Assembly (NCBI GenBank): GCA_016197155.1
Contig: JACPWF010000006.1
Location: 9,511 to 73,510, forward strand
DNA length: 64,000 nucleotides
Source: Candidatus Omnitrophota bacterium
GTDB taxonomy: Bacteria > Omnitrophota > Gorgyraeia > 2-02-FULL-51-18
Reading direction: 5' to 3'
Shown: positions 1-8,265 of the stretch, piece by piece
Layout of the letters: the number at the start of each line of letters is the position of its first letter
Numbering within the stretch: position 1 is the stretch's first letter
Program-made: the position numbers and the translations under genes
The notes under the pieces: model-generated
The model's input: the letters and a program-made list of their open reading frames with translations, nothing else
Told to the model about the DNA's origin: nothing
Database searches by the model: none

Positions 1-951
1 CCAGCGGTGAGGGTGGGCGGATTTCAGGATCACGGCGATTTCCTCAAGCGCGGCCTTCCAGTCAAAGGGCGCGGTGTTTCCGTTCAAATTCGTTTTGAGC
101 GTCTTGAGGCGCCCAAAATCGACCGGCTTGTAGCCGTAGCGGCCCTCGTCGCAGATCCACCACTTGTTCACCTCGGGGTTTTCGCGGGGCTTGAGACGCA
201 TGATCCGCTCTTCTTTCAGATGATAGGGGCGCGATTTTTCGTATTCAATGGAAATATTACAGCCGCGCGAACAGCCCGGGCACACCGACGCCTGCGAGCC
301 CAGATACCACACGCGCATCTTGAAACGAAAATCGCGGTCGGTGAGCGCGCCCACCGGGCAGATGTCGGCGACGTTGCCAGAATATTTGTTGTCGAGCGTT
401 TTGCCGGGATAGATGTCGAGCTCCGAATGGTCGCCGCGGTTAAAAACCCCGAAGTCGTGGGTCTTGGTGACTTCGTCCGCGAAGCGCACACAGCGCGTGC
501 ACAAAATACAGCGCTCCTGGTCAAGCATGATCGTGGGCCCGATCGCGAAGGCCTTTTTCGTTTTCTTCACCTTCACGTCGTCAAATTTCGGGTCGTACAG
601 GCCGACCTGCATGTAGTAATCCTGGAGTTTGCACTCCCCCGACTGGTCGCACACGGGGCAGTCGAGCGGGTGGTTCGCGAGCAGAAATTCCAGAACGACG
701 GCCTGCGACTCCTTGGCCTTTTGCGACTGGGTGTGAATGACCATGCCCTCGGCGACGCGCGTGTTGCAGGCAATCACGGTGCGCGGCATCTTCTCGACCT
801 CGACCTGGCAAATCCTGCAGTTGCCGGCGATGGACAGCGCGGGGTGATAGCAGTAGCGTGGCAATTCGATCTTGGCCTCGTCAATCGCCTCGATGATCGT
901 GATGCCGTCCTTGACCGCGTAAGGTTTGCCGTCAATCGTGATGTTAGCCAT
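1..951 (-). CDS. nuoG: NADH-quinone oxidoreductase subunit G, N-terminal part (runs off window edge)
   Basis: Manual translation from ATG at 951 gives MANITIDGKPYAVKDGITIIEAIDEAKIELPRYCYHPALSIAGNCRICQVE..., later HPLDCPVCDQSGECKLQDY. Overlaps the nuoF stop. Confidence 0.93.
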   Translation of the reverse strand, partial: MANITIDGKPYAVKDGITIIEAIDEAKIELPRYCYHPALSIAGNCRICQVEVEKMPRTVIACNTRVAEGMVIHTQSQKAKESQAVVLEFLLANHPLDCPVCDQSGECKLQDYYMQVGLYDPKFDDVKVKKTKKAFAIGPTIMLDQERCILCTRCVRFADEVTKTHDFGVFNRGDHSELDIYPGKTLDNKYSGNVADICPVGALTDRDFRFKMRVWYLGSQASVCPGCSRGCNISIEYEKSRPYHLKEERIMRLKPRENPEVNKWWICDEGRYGYKPVDFGRLKTLKTNLNGNTAPFDWKAALEEIAVILKSAHPHRW

Positions 952-2218
952 GAACTGCCCCGGCTTTTTTATGATTCAAAATATAATTTTCAAATTCTTT
1001 TCTAAATTTCGTGATGTAACTCTGAATCGGCCAGGCCGCCGCGTCGGCGAATACGCAAATCGTGCGGCCTTCCATGTTTCGCGCGACCTTTAAAAGCGTG
1101 TCCAGGTCCCTCAAATCCCCCTCGCCGCTGTAAATGCGCTGAACCACTTTGTAGGCCCAGCCCGTGCCCTCGCGGCAAGGCGAGCACTGGCCGCAGGACT
1201 CGTGCGCGAAAAATTTCGCGGCCACGAGCAGCATCTTCACCATGCACGTCGTCTCGTCCATCACCATCACGCCGGCCGAGCCGAGCATGGTCCCGGCGGC
1301 CTTGAGGCCGTCGTAATCCATTTTCACGTCGATCTCGCCGGCGGTCAGAATTTTCGCGGAAATGCCTCCCGGAATCACGGCCTTGAGGGCGCGGTCATTC
1401 CGGATCCCGCCCGCGTGCGTGTAAATCATCTGGCGAAGCGGGGTCCCCATCGGCAGTTCGTACACGCCCGGCTTTTTCACGTGGCCGGAGACGCTGAATA
1501 GATGCGTGCCCCCGTTTCCGGGCGAGCCGAGATTCGCGAACCACTCGGCGCCGTTTTTTAAAATGTGCGGCACGCAGGCCAGGGTCTCAACATTATTGAT
1601 GATGGTCGGGCATCCGAAAAGCCCCACGATCGCCGGAAAAGGCGGTTTCAGGCGCGGAAAACCCTTCCCGCCCTCAAGCGAATTAAGCAGCGCCGTTTCC
1701 TCCCCGCAGATGTAGGCGCCCGCGCCCCGGTGAACGACCAGGTCCAGATCCCATCCCGACCCAAAAATATTTTTCCCGAGAAAATTTTCCGCGTACGCCT
1801 CGTCGAGGGCGGCCTTTAAATTTTGATAAGGCTCGACGTATTCGCCGCGGATGTAAATGTAGGCCTTGTGCGAACGGATCGCGAACGCGCTGAGGACGAT
1901 GCCCTCGATCAATTGATGCGGGTCGCGTTCCAAAATATAGCGGTCCTTAAACGTGCCGGGCTCTCCCTCATCCGCATTCACGACGAGATAAACCGGTTTT
2001 GGATTATCCTTGGGCAAAAACTGCCATTTTTTTCCCGTCGGGAATCCCGCGCCGCCCAGGCCCCGCAGGTTTGACGCGGTCACGGTCTGCACGATCTCCT
2101 CCGGCTTCATCGCCAGGAGGACTTTTCGCGCGGTTTCGTAGGCGCCGCGCGGCCCGGCGACGGAAAGTTTCCAGGCATTCGGGACGTTGAAATTGCGGGA
2201 GAGGATGGGCTCTGTCAT
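944..2218 (-). CDS. nuoF: NADH-quinone oxidoreductase subunit F
   Basis: Motifs LRGLGGAGFPTG, NADEGEPGTFKDR, GAGAYICGEETAL and ESCGQCSPCREG. Confidence 0.97.
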   Translation of the reverse strand: MTEPILSRNFNVPNAWKLSVAGPRGAYETARKVLLAMKPEEIVQTVTASNLRGLGGAGFPTGKKWQFLPKDNPKPVYLVVNADEGEPGTFKDRYILERDPHQLIEGIVLSAFAIRSHKAYIYIRGEYVEPYQNLKAALDEAYAENFLGKNIFGSGWDLDLVVHRGAGAYICGEETALLNSLEGGKGFPRLKPPFPAIVGLFGCPTIINNVETLACVPHILKNGAEWFANLGSPGNGGTHLFSVSGHVKKPGVYELPMGTPLRQMIYTHAGGIRNDRALKAVIPGGISAKILTAGEIDVKMDYDGLKAAGTMLGSAGVMVMDETTCMVKMLLVAAKFFAHESCGQCSPCREGTGWAYKVVQRIYSGEGDLRDLDTLLKVARNMEGRTICVFADAAAWPIQSYITKFRKEFENYILNHKKAGAVHG

Positions 2219-2682
2219 TTCAATTTCTCTAAAATTTCATCCACTTTTTTCTCGGTCAGATCGCCGTAATATTTTCCGTCCACCTGCATCATCGGCGCCA
2301 TCTCGCACGCGCACAGGCACTCGGCCTCCTCGAGCGAGACCTTCCCGTCCGCCGACACGGCGCCGTTTTCGATCTGAAGTTTCTTTTTCAAATAGCCCAA
2401 AACTTTTTCGGAACCCATGAGCACGCAGGACGTCGTCGTGCAAAAACGGATGTGGTGCCGCCCCGCCGGCCTTTGGCGGTACATGGAATAAAACAGGACG
2501 ACCTCGCGCACGCGCACCACGGGCACGTCGGTCCATTTGGAAACCCAGGCCTCGACCTCCGGCGTCACACAACCGACTTTATCCTGCGCCAAATGCAAAA
2601 GCGGGAGTGTCGCGGCGCGTTTCTGGTCATACTTGGCCAAAATTTTTTGGGCTTCCGGATCTAGACTTGCTAATTCACCCAT
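2215..2682 (-). CDS. nuoE: NADH-quinone oxidoreductase subunit E
   Basis: FYSMY, CTTTSC and ECLCACEMAP 2Fe-2S ligands; directly upstream of nuoF. Confidence 0.95.
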   Translation of the reverse strand: MGELASLDPEAQKILAKYDQKRAATLPLLHLAQDKVGCVTPEVEAWVSKWTDVPVVRVREVVLFYSMYRQRPAGRHHIRFCTTTSCVLMGSEKVLGYLKKKLQIENGAVSADGKVSLEEAECLCACEMAPMMQVDGKYYGDLTEKKVDEILEKLK

Positions 2683-2696
2683 CCATTTCTCTCAAT

Positions 2697-2907
2697 CTAT
2701 AACTTTTTGTAGACATCCCCACGTGGAAAAATGGCCACGACCGCTATTTCCTCTTTGTCCTCGTGAATCTCATAAACAACCCTTAAACCCCCTACTTGAT
2801 AACGGTACAAATTCTCATAACCTTTTAACTTTTTCGTTCTTAAAAAATCCCGGGGGTTCTCTTCCAAACGAACGAAACAGGCCTTGAGGGCTAGTGTATT
2901 TAGCCAC
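2697..2907 (-). pseudogene. RelE/ParE-family toxin, probably inactivated by an internal deletion/frameshift
   Basis: Intact RelE core (LEENP...KKLKGYENLYRYQVGGLRVVYEI...IFPRGDVYK). The natural overlapping start GTG GCT AAA TAC ACT (MAKYT, 2907) is out of frame with it, and the first helix appears to be missing. Confidence 0.7.
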
Positions 2908-3130
2908 GCCTCACGGAACGCCACGGAACCCCTTTGCCTCGCCTGTACTCGGATCTTCCTTTTTCCACAAGATGGGCTTCGCTCTTGGACAATTCACCGC
3001 CCAACTTATCCAAAATGGACTCCCGGATAACTCCCGACACGGACTTATATTCGACTCTGGCGAACCTTTTAAGCTCCTGATAGATCTTTTCCGGTAAATT
3101 CACCAGAATTCTTTTGGTCATCACGCTCAT
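2900..3130 (-). CDS. Ribbon-helix-helix (CopG-like) antitoxin
   Basis: 76 aa; KRILVNLPEKIYQELKRFA...SVSGVIRESI RHH pattern; C-terminal GRSEYRRGKGVPW; overlaps the toxin start. Confidence 0.8.
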   Translation of the reverse strand: MSVMTKRILVNLPEKIYQELKRFARVEYKSVSGVIRESILDKLGGELSKSEAHLVEKGRSEYRRGKGVPWRSVRRG

Positions 3131-3212
3131 CGGACGGCCCTCACTTTTTCATTTTATATCAAAAGTATATCATATAGATATATTATTGCAGGGTTCGGGT
3201 TTGCCACTGCCT

Positions 3213-4565
3213 CTATCGATCCAGCTCCCCCCCGATCATATTCACAGAACCAAAAGTCGGCACGATGTCGGCCACCATGTCGCCGACGAGAATTTTTTCG
3301 AGCGCGGCCATGATCGGAAAACACGGCGGGCGCACGCGCACGCGGTACGGCCGGTCACTGCCGTCCGACACGACGTAAAACCCCAGCTCCCCGTTGGCGC
3401 CCTCGACGGGAAAATACGCCTCGCCCTTCGGAGGACACAGGCCGTGGCCGTGCATCACCAGTTTAAAATGATTCATCAGGCCTTCGATGTTGCCGTACGT
3501 GTCTTCCTTGGCCGGTAGGGCCACTTTTTTGTCCTTCGAATAAACATCGTCATGGTGGCGCCGCGTCGTCCCCTCAAGCGTCGGGTCAAGGTCCACCTCG
3601 ACTTCGTGAAAACCCTTGGTCCTGCCCATTTTCGCCGCGTCGACCATCTCCGCCGCCGACAGCACGCGCCCGAAATCGCCCACCGACACTTCGCCCTTGG
3701 GCATGTCCTTCAAAGCGCGCTCGACAATGCGGATGCTCTGCTCCATCTCTTCCATCCGCACGTAATAACGGTCGAGATTGTCCCCGTGCTCGCCCACCGG
3801 CACATCAAAATCGATGCGGTCATAAACGAGGTACGGGCGCGCCTTCCGGACGTCGTAATCGATCCCCGTCGAACGCAAAAACGGCCCCGTGAGGCCGTAG
3901 GCGGTCGCGTCCTCTTTTGAAATGACGCCCGTGTCCTTCAGGCGGTCAACGAAAATCCGGTTCGTATCCAAAAGCCCTTTGACTTCTTTCAACACCTTAC
4001 GGGTCTCGCTCAGCGCCGCGCGGCATTTTTCCTCAAAACCCTCCGGCAGGTCGGATTTCAAACCGCCGACGCGCGCGTAAGAAATCGTGAGACGCGCGCC
4101 CGTGACGCTTTCGATGAGTTCGTACAGAAATTCCCTGGCCTTGATCATGTAAAGGAAAACCGTGAACGCCCCCAGCTCCATCGCGGAGGCGCCGATGCAG
4201 GTGAGGTGATCGGTGACGCGCGAGAGCTCGCTCATCACCACGCGGATGTATTGACAGCGGTCGGTCGTCTCGAGGCCCATCAATTTTTCGACGGCCAGGC
4301 ACCAGCCGATGTTGTTGATGAGCGGCGACACGTAATTCAGGCGGTCGGTGTAGGGAATGGCGTTGTTGTACGGGCCCTGCTCGCACATTTTCTCGAACGC
4401 GCGGTGGAGATACCCGATCTCGACGTCGGCGCCCAGCACCGTTTCGCCGTCAAGTTTGGCCGTGATGTGCACGATCCCGTGCATCGCCGGATGCTGAGGC
4501 CCGACGTTGAGGAGCATGGGACGGGTTTCTTTAACTTTTAAATTAGGAGAAACAGGCTTGCCCAT
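3213..4565 (-). CDS. nuoD: NADH-quinone oxidoreductase subunit D
   Basis: Motifs LNVGPQHPAMHG, IGYLHRAFEK, YTDRLNY, EGANGELGFY and GGELDR. Confidence 0.96.
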   Translation of the reverse strand: MGKPVSPNLKVKETRPMLLNVGPQHPAMHGIVHITAKLDGETVLGADVEIGYLHRAFEKMCEQGPYNNAIPYTDRLNYVSPLINNIGWCLAVEKLMGLETTDRCQYIRVVMSELSRVTDHLTCIGASAMELGAFTVFLYMIKAREFLYELIESVTGARLTISYARVGGLKSDLPEGFEEKCRAALSETRKVLKEVKGLLDTNRIFVDRLKDTGVISKEDATAYGLTGPFLRSTGIDYDVRKARPYLVYDRIDFDVPVGEHGDNLDRYYVRMEEMEQSIRIVERALKDMPKGEVSVGDFGRVLSAAEMVDAAKMGRTKGFHEVEVDLDPTLEGTTRRHHDDVYSKDKKVALPAKEDTYGNIEGLMNHFKLVMHGHGLCPPKGEAYFPVEGANGELGFYVVSDGSDRPYRVRVRPPCFPIMAALEKILVGDMVADIVPTFGSVNMIGGELDR

Positions 4566-4590
4566 TCAAAAATCCTTAAAAAAATGAAAC

Positions 4591-5583
4591 TCAATCGGAC
4601 GAACGCGTGATCTGCCTCAGGATCGCTTCTTTCAAGCGCGGATTGTCCGTCAGGCTCATCGCCTTCGTGTAAAATTCGGCGGCCTTGGCGAGTTCTTTTT
4701 GTTTCTCGTAGGCCATCGCCAGACTCAGGCACGCCTTGTAAAAATCGGGTTTCAGGGAAACGCTTTTTTCGTAGCACTCGATCGCCTTGGAATAATCATT
4801 CTCCTTGGCGTAGGCCGCGCCCAGATCGTACCACGCGACTTCGTCGTTCGGCGCGATTTCCGCGGCGCGCATCAGGGAATCGACGGCCTTTTGGTTCTCG
4901 CCGCGCTCCTGAAAAACATAGGCGAGGTTCGAATACGCGAAGACATTTTTGGGATCGGCCTGGATCGCCTTTTCGTAGGCGCCTTGAGCATTTTTCAAAT
5001 CATTCTGGCGGCTGTACAGATTTCCGAGCGAGAGATAGACGTCCGAATTTTGCGGATCGAGCCTGGCGGCCTGCCGGTACGCGTCGGCGGCCTTCACCGG
5101 CTCCCCCGCCCCCTCGTACGCCAGTCCCAGCGCGTGGCGGGCCTTCGAACTTTTCGGATCGGCCTTCACCGCTTTCTCGGCGAATGAAAGGGCCTGGTCA
5201 AAATCCTCTTTCTCCGCGTAGACAAGCGAGAGATTGAGAAACGTCTCGCCGTTCTCGGGATCAAGCTCCGCGGCCTTTTTGAGACTCGCCGCCGATTTGT
5301 CCCAGTTTTTTTGTTCGGCATAATTGACGCCCAGGCTCAGGTAGGCGGCGGCGTTCGCCGGATTCTCCGCGACCTCTTTCTCGTAAAGTTTTGTCGACTC
5401 CTCGAGGCTCCCCCGGCTGTAGGCCCTGTCGGCTTGTTCCAAAAACCCGGACCGGCTGGCCTCGGACGCGAGGGACAGATGACAGAAGACAGACGACAGA
5501 AGACAGACGACAGCGGTCAGCAGACAGGAGAAAAAGATCGAAAAAAAACAGGCTTTATTCTTTTTCCACTTTCCACTTTCCAC
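4591..5583 (-). CDS. Exported tetratricopeptide-repeat protein inserted in the nuo operon
   Basis: About 8 TPR units (AYLSLG..Y, AAELDP, AIQADP, AWYDLG) and a hydrophobic N-terminus; exact start uncertain. Confidence 0.85.
   Translation of the reverse strand: MESGKWKKNKACFFSIFFSCLLTAVVCLLSSVFCHLSLASEASRSGFLEQADRAYSRGSLEESTKLYEKEVAENPANAAAYLSLGVNYAEQKNWDKSAASLKKAAELDPENGETFLNLSLVYAEKEDFDQALSFAEKAVKADPKSSKARHALGLAYEGAGEPVKAADAYRQAARLDPQNSDVYLSLGNLYSRQNDLKNAQGAYEKAIQADPKNVFAYSNLAYVFQERGENQKAVDSLMRAAEIAPNDEVAWYDLGAAYAKENDYSKAIECYEKSVSLKPDFYKACLSLAMAYEKQKELAKAAEFYTKAMSLTDNPRLKEAILRQITRSSD
5474..5514. repeat. Heptamer tandem array (GACAGAN)n inside the TPR gene signal peptide
   Basis: gacagat gacagaa gacagac gacagaa gacagac gacagc; reads VVCLLSSVFCHLS on the minus strand. 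Confidence 0.9.
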
Positions 5584-5591
5584 TTTCCACT
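5564..5591. repeat. Heptamer tandem array (TTCCACT)x4 at the TPR gene start
   Basis: Four exact copies visible. Confidence 0.92.
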
Positions 5592-5599
5592 CTCCGTTT

Positions 5600-6082
5600 T
5601 TAATTTAAAGGCCCAATGATCGGCTGACGCTCGTTGTAGCGGTAGTCCTTCCTCAAAGGATGCCCCTTAAAACTTTCGTACATCAGGATCCGCTTCAGGT
5701 TCGGGTGGCCGCTAAAGCGGATGCCGAACATGTCCCACGCCTCGCGCTCGTACCAGTCGGCGGCCGGCCACACGCCCGCCACCGAGTCGAGCGTCGGGTC
5801 TGTTTCGCGCACCTGAACTTTTATGAACAGGCGGTGTTTTTTTGTGAGCGAATACAGATTGTAAATAATTTCAAAGCGTTTTTCTTTTTCTTCCCAAAAT
5901 AAATAATCGACGGCGAAAAGGTCCATCAAGAGGTCGAAGGAAAATTCCGAATCCGCGCGGAGGGCGGCCATGAAATTTTTGACGGATTCTTTTTTGGCAA
6001 TGACAACCGGCTCGCCGGCGTTTGACGCCAGGTCCGAGACCATCGCGGAATATTTTTGTCGGACTTTTTCGGCGAGGTTCAC
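5600..6082 (-). CDS. nuoC: NADH-quinone oxidoreductase subunit C
   Basis: [26 protein letters not shown]...GHPLRKDY. Start set at GTG 6082 overlapping the nuoB stop; the ORF-track extension to 6442 is spurious. Confidence 0.94.
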   Translation of the reverse strand: MNLAEKVRQKYSAMVSDLASNAGEPVVIAKKESVKNFMAALRADSEFSFDLLMDLFAVDYLFWEEKEKRFEIIYNLYSLTKKHRLFIKVQVRETDPTLDSVAGVWPAADWYEREAWDMFGIRFSGHPNLKRILMYESFKGHPLRKDYRYNERQPIIGPLN

Positions 6083-6552
6083 ACTTCCTGCTTCTGATTT
6101 TGAATTTTGTCCTGCAGTTTCATGAGGCCGTCCAGCACGTTCTCCGGGCGCGGCGGGCATCCGGGAATGTACACGTCGACGGGAATGATCGTGTCGATGC
6201 CCATCACGGTGGCGTAGTTGTCGTAAAACCCGCCCGTGCACGTGCACACGCCGAACGCCACGACCCACTTGGGCTCGCACATCTGGTCGTACACGCGCTT
6301 CAAAACCGGCGCCATCTTGTGGCTGATCGTGCCCACGACAAACAGCACGTCCGCCTGGCGCGGAGAAAAACGCGGGAAACCCGCGCCGAAACGGTCGACG
6401 TCGTAATGCGCGCAGGCCGTGGCCATGTATTCCATCCCACAACAGGCGGTGACAAAAGGATACTGGAAAATGGAAAACTTGCGCGCCCAGCCGATGGCGT
6501 CGTTTAGCTTCGTCGTCATGAAACTGAATTTGTCGACCGTCACCGCTCCCAT
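6079..6552 (-). CDS. nuoB: NADH-quinone oxidoreductase subunit B
   Basis: [15 protein letters not shown] and [14 protein letters not shown]; start set at ATG 6552. Confidence 0.96.
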   Translation of the reverse strand: MGAVTVDKFSFMTTKLNDAIGWARKFSIFQYPFVTACCGMEYMATACAHYDVDRFGAGFPRFSPRQADVLFVVGTISHKMAPVLKRVYDQMCEPKWVVAFGVCTCTGGFYDNYATVMGIDTIIPVDVYIPGCPPRPENVLDGLMKLQDKIQNQKQEV

Positions 6553-6908
6553 TCGAGCGCCCCCTTCTTCCACGCGTACGCGAACCCGAGCGCCAGAAAC
6601 GCCAAAAAGGTGAACATCTCCGCGATCCCCGCCCACCCGAGGCTCCTCAGGATCACCGCCCACGGGAAAAGCCAGACGATTTCCACGTCGAACAAAATGA
6701 AGAGCATCGCCAAAAGATAAAATTTGACCGACAGGCGCGTGCCGCCTTCCGAGGCCTTGGGCAGGCCGCATTCGAACGGCTCGGCCTTTTCGGGGGTGCG
6801 TTTATTTTTCGGCCCGAGAATTTTATTGAGAAACAGAATGAGCCCCGCGATGCCCGCCGCGATGAGGAACGTGGCCAGCACGCCCAGGGTTTCGACCGAT
6901 GAATTCAT
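6540..6908 (-). CDS. nuoA: NADH-quinone oxidoreductase subunit A
   Basis: [20 protein letters not shown] and [10 protein letters not shown]; start ATG 6908. Confidence 0.95.
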   Translation of the reverse strand: MNSSVETLGVLATFLIAAGIAGLILFLNKILGPKNKRTPEKAEPFECGLPKASEGGTRLSVKFYLLAMLFILFDVEIVWLFPWAVILRSLGWAGIAEMFTFLAFLALGFAYAWKKGALEWER

Positions 6909-6944
6909 GCGCCCATTATAACCAGATAAAGGGTAATGTGACAA
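6909..6944 (-). promoter_or_regulatory. Sigma70-type promoter of the nuo operon, leaderless geometry
   Basis: TTGTCA(6944-6939)-18 nt-TATAAT(6920-6915)-6 nt-ATG; no Shine-Dalgarno. Confidence 0.65.
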
Positions 6945-6984
6945 GCCCGACGCTAGGGGTGGGGGCATGAGGCGTGCCGGAGGC

Positions 6985-7170
6985 TTAGAGATTTTCGAGG
7001 ATTCTCAAATATTCCTTGGTTGAGATCCCAAGAGTCTTCAAATTGCTTTTGATCTCAACCAGCTGAAGTTCTTTTGAGGCGAACACAACACACGGGCGGG
7101 AAAGATCGGCCCGGCTGTATATTTTATGATCGCCGACTTGACGGACAAGATAGCAATTCACATGAAGCAA
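6985..7170 (-). pseudogene. HicA-family toxin lacking its N-terminus
   Basis: CYLVRQVGDHKIYSR (HicA G-x-H motif) and IKSNLKTLGISTKEY; no ATG or RBS; fused out of frame to the antitoxin tail. Confidence 0.65.
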
Positions 7171-7453
7171 AAGCGGGGATCTGCATCGGCTCGGTCTTTT
7201 GACCGATAATCTCGGGAGGCATGAAGGTGTTTTTAACTTTTTGCCAGCCGCAGTCCGTTAAAACTTTTTCCCATGTTCCCATCTTGGTCACTTCTTCGAT
7301 GAACAGGCGGAGAGTCGTGCGGAATGAATCAAGAGCGTCTTCAACGGAATCCCCATGAGAAGCCAGATCCAAGACGGGGGTATAGCAGACAAAAACACCC
7401 CCTTCTTTCATAAGAATCACGGGAAGGTCATATTCAACGGGCCGCTTTTTCAT
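7124..7453 (-). CDS. HicB-family antitoxin (C-terminus runs into the toxin remnant)
   Basis: KEGGVFVCYTPVLDLASHGDSVEDALDSF HicB pattern; ATG 7453 preceded by GAGG and an extended -10 TGGTATACT. Confidence 0.8.
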   Translation of the reverse strand: MKKRPVEYDLPVILMKEGGVFVCYTPVLDLASHGDSVEDALDSFRTTLRLFIEEVTKMGTWEKVLTDCGWQKVKNTFMPPEIIGQKTEPMQIPAFASCELLSCPSSRRS

Positions 7454-7528
7454 GGTTTTCGCCTCGGGCAAAGTATACCACACGAAGGTTAGTGATTCCA
7501 GATTTGGCGTTTCTTGAATTCTCGTATT

Positions 7529-7565
7529 TTAAGCCCACGCGGTCGTCTGCCGGAGGATTCGGAAA
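7529..7565. repeat. Direct repeat copy 1 of the giant gene 3' end (37 bp)
   Basis: ttaagcccacgcggtcgtctgccggaggattcggaaa matches 8229-8265 at 33/37; reads FRILRQTTAWA* on the minus strand. Confidence 0.9.
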
Positions 7566-7604
7566 GGCCGATGCCACGAGTCACAAAATTAATATTTTAT
7601 TAAT

Positions 7605-7633
7605 TTGACAATTTCATTAAAAACAGGCATACT
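7605..7633 (+). promoter_or_regulatory. Sigma70 promoter of the AbrB/RelE-like pair
   Basis: TTGACA-17 nt-CATACT, then AGGAGA RBS before ATG 7654. Confidence 0.7.
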
Positions 7634-7653
7634 GGAGGCATCAGGAGACGAAA

Positions 7654-7914
7654 ATGACCACGATGCTCAAAATGAACCGTAACCGGCAAGTCAATATCCC
7701 CTCGGCTTTTGTCGCAAGGCTCAGCCTGGGCGAAGACCGGTACTTCAAAGCCGACCTTAAGGGAAACCATATCATTCTGACCCCGGTTGATCCGGTGGAG
7801 CGGGTTTTTTCCAAAGAAAGCCTTGACCTTGTCGAGGAAGTTTATGGACGGGAAAAGAAGTCGGCCAAACGGGTGACCCCGGCCTGGATCCAGAAGGCGC
7901 ATCGCCCGGCCTAA
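7654..7914 (+). CDS. AbrB/MazE-type antitoxin
   Basis: KMNRNRQVNIPSAFVARLSLGEDRYF...IILTPV swapped-hairpin pattern. Confidence 0.8.
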   Translation: MTTMLKMNRNRQVNIPSAFVARLSLGEDRYFKADLKGNHIILTPVDPVERVFSKESLDLVEEVYGREKKSAKRVTPAWIQKAHRPA

Positions 7915-8232
7915 ATGCCCTTCGAGCTTTACTTTCTCCCCCCTTACGGGCGCTGTCTCAAGCATCTTGGAAACAAAGAAAAACGCATTGCCCGACTGGT
8001 CGTTTCCGCGCTTCTTGAATATTTCCACTCAAACTCTCCCACTGGCAACCCTTACATGATCCCTGTCGGGGGAAGGGCTTACCGTTTGGTTTTCAAAAAA
8101 CTGGACGGGGCTGTCTGGGAAGCGTACATTGAAAACCACGTTCGCGTTCTCACAAGACTCGACAAACACCGGCACTTTCTCGTCTTCGCCGGCAATCACG
8201 ATCAGGTCAGACAATTTCTAAAAGAAAATTAA
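7915..8232 (+). CDS. Probable RelE/ParE-fold toxin
   Basis: 105 aa abutting the antitoxin; FKKL...WEAYI...RVL...LVFAGNHDQV resembles the RelE/YafQ C-terminus. Confidence 0.6.
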   Translation: MPFELYFLPPYGRCLKHLGNKEKRIARLVVSALLEYFHSNSPTGNPYMIPVGGRAYRLVFKKLDGAVWEAYIENHVRVLTRLDKHRHFLVFAGNHDQVRQFLKEN

Positions 8233-8265
8233 GCCCACGCGGCCGTCTGTTGGAGGGTTCGGAAA
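8229..8265. repeat. Direct repeat copy 2 (the real 3' end of the giant gene)
   Basis: ttaagcccacgcggccgtctgttggagggttcggaaa, exactly 700 bp from copy 1. Confidence 0.9.

Noticed and set aside
5600-6968. Long N-terminal extensions of nuoC, nuoB and nuoA in the ORF track (also sufC, sufD, LuxC-like and DUF309)
   Set aside because: The extensions overlap upstream genes or promoters in other frames; shorter starts overlapping the preceding stop codons, or just after a promoter, fit family lengths.
6985-8232. Integron cassette array (clustered TA modules)
   Set aside because: No integron integrase and no convincing attC structures were seen.
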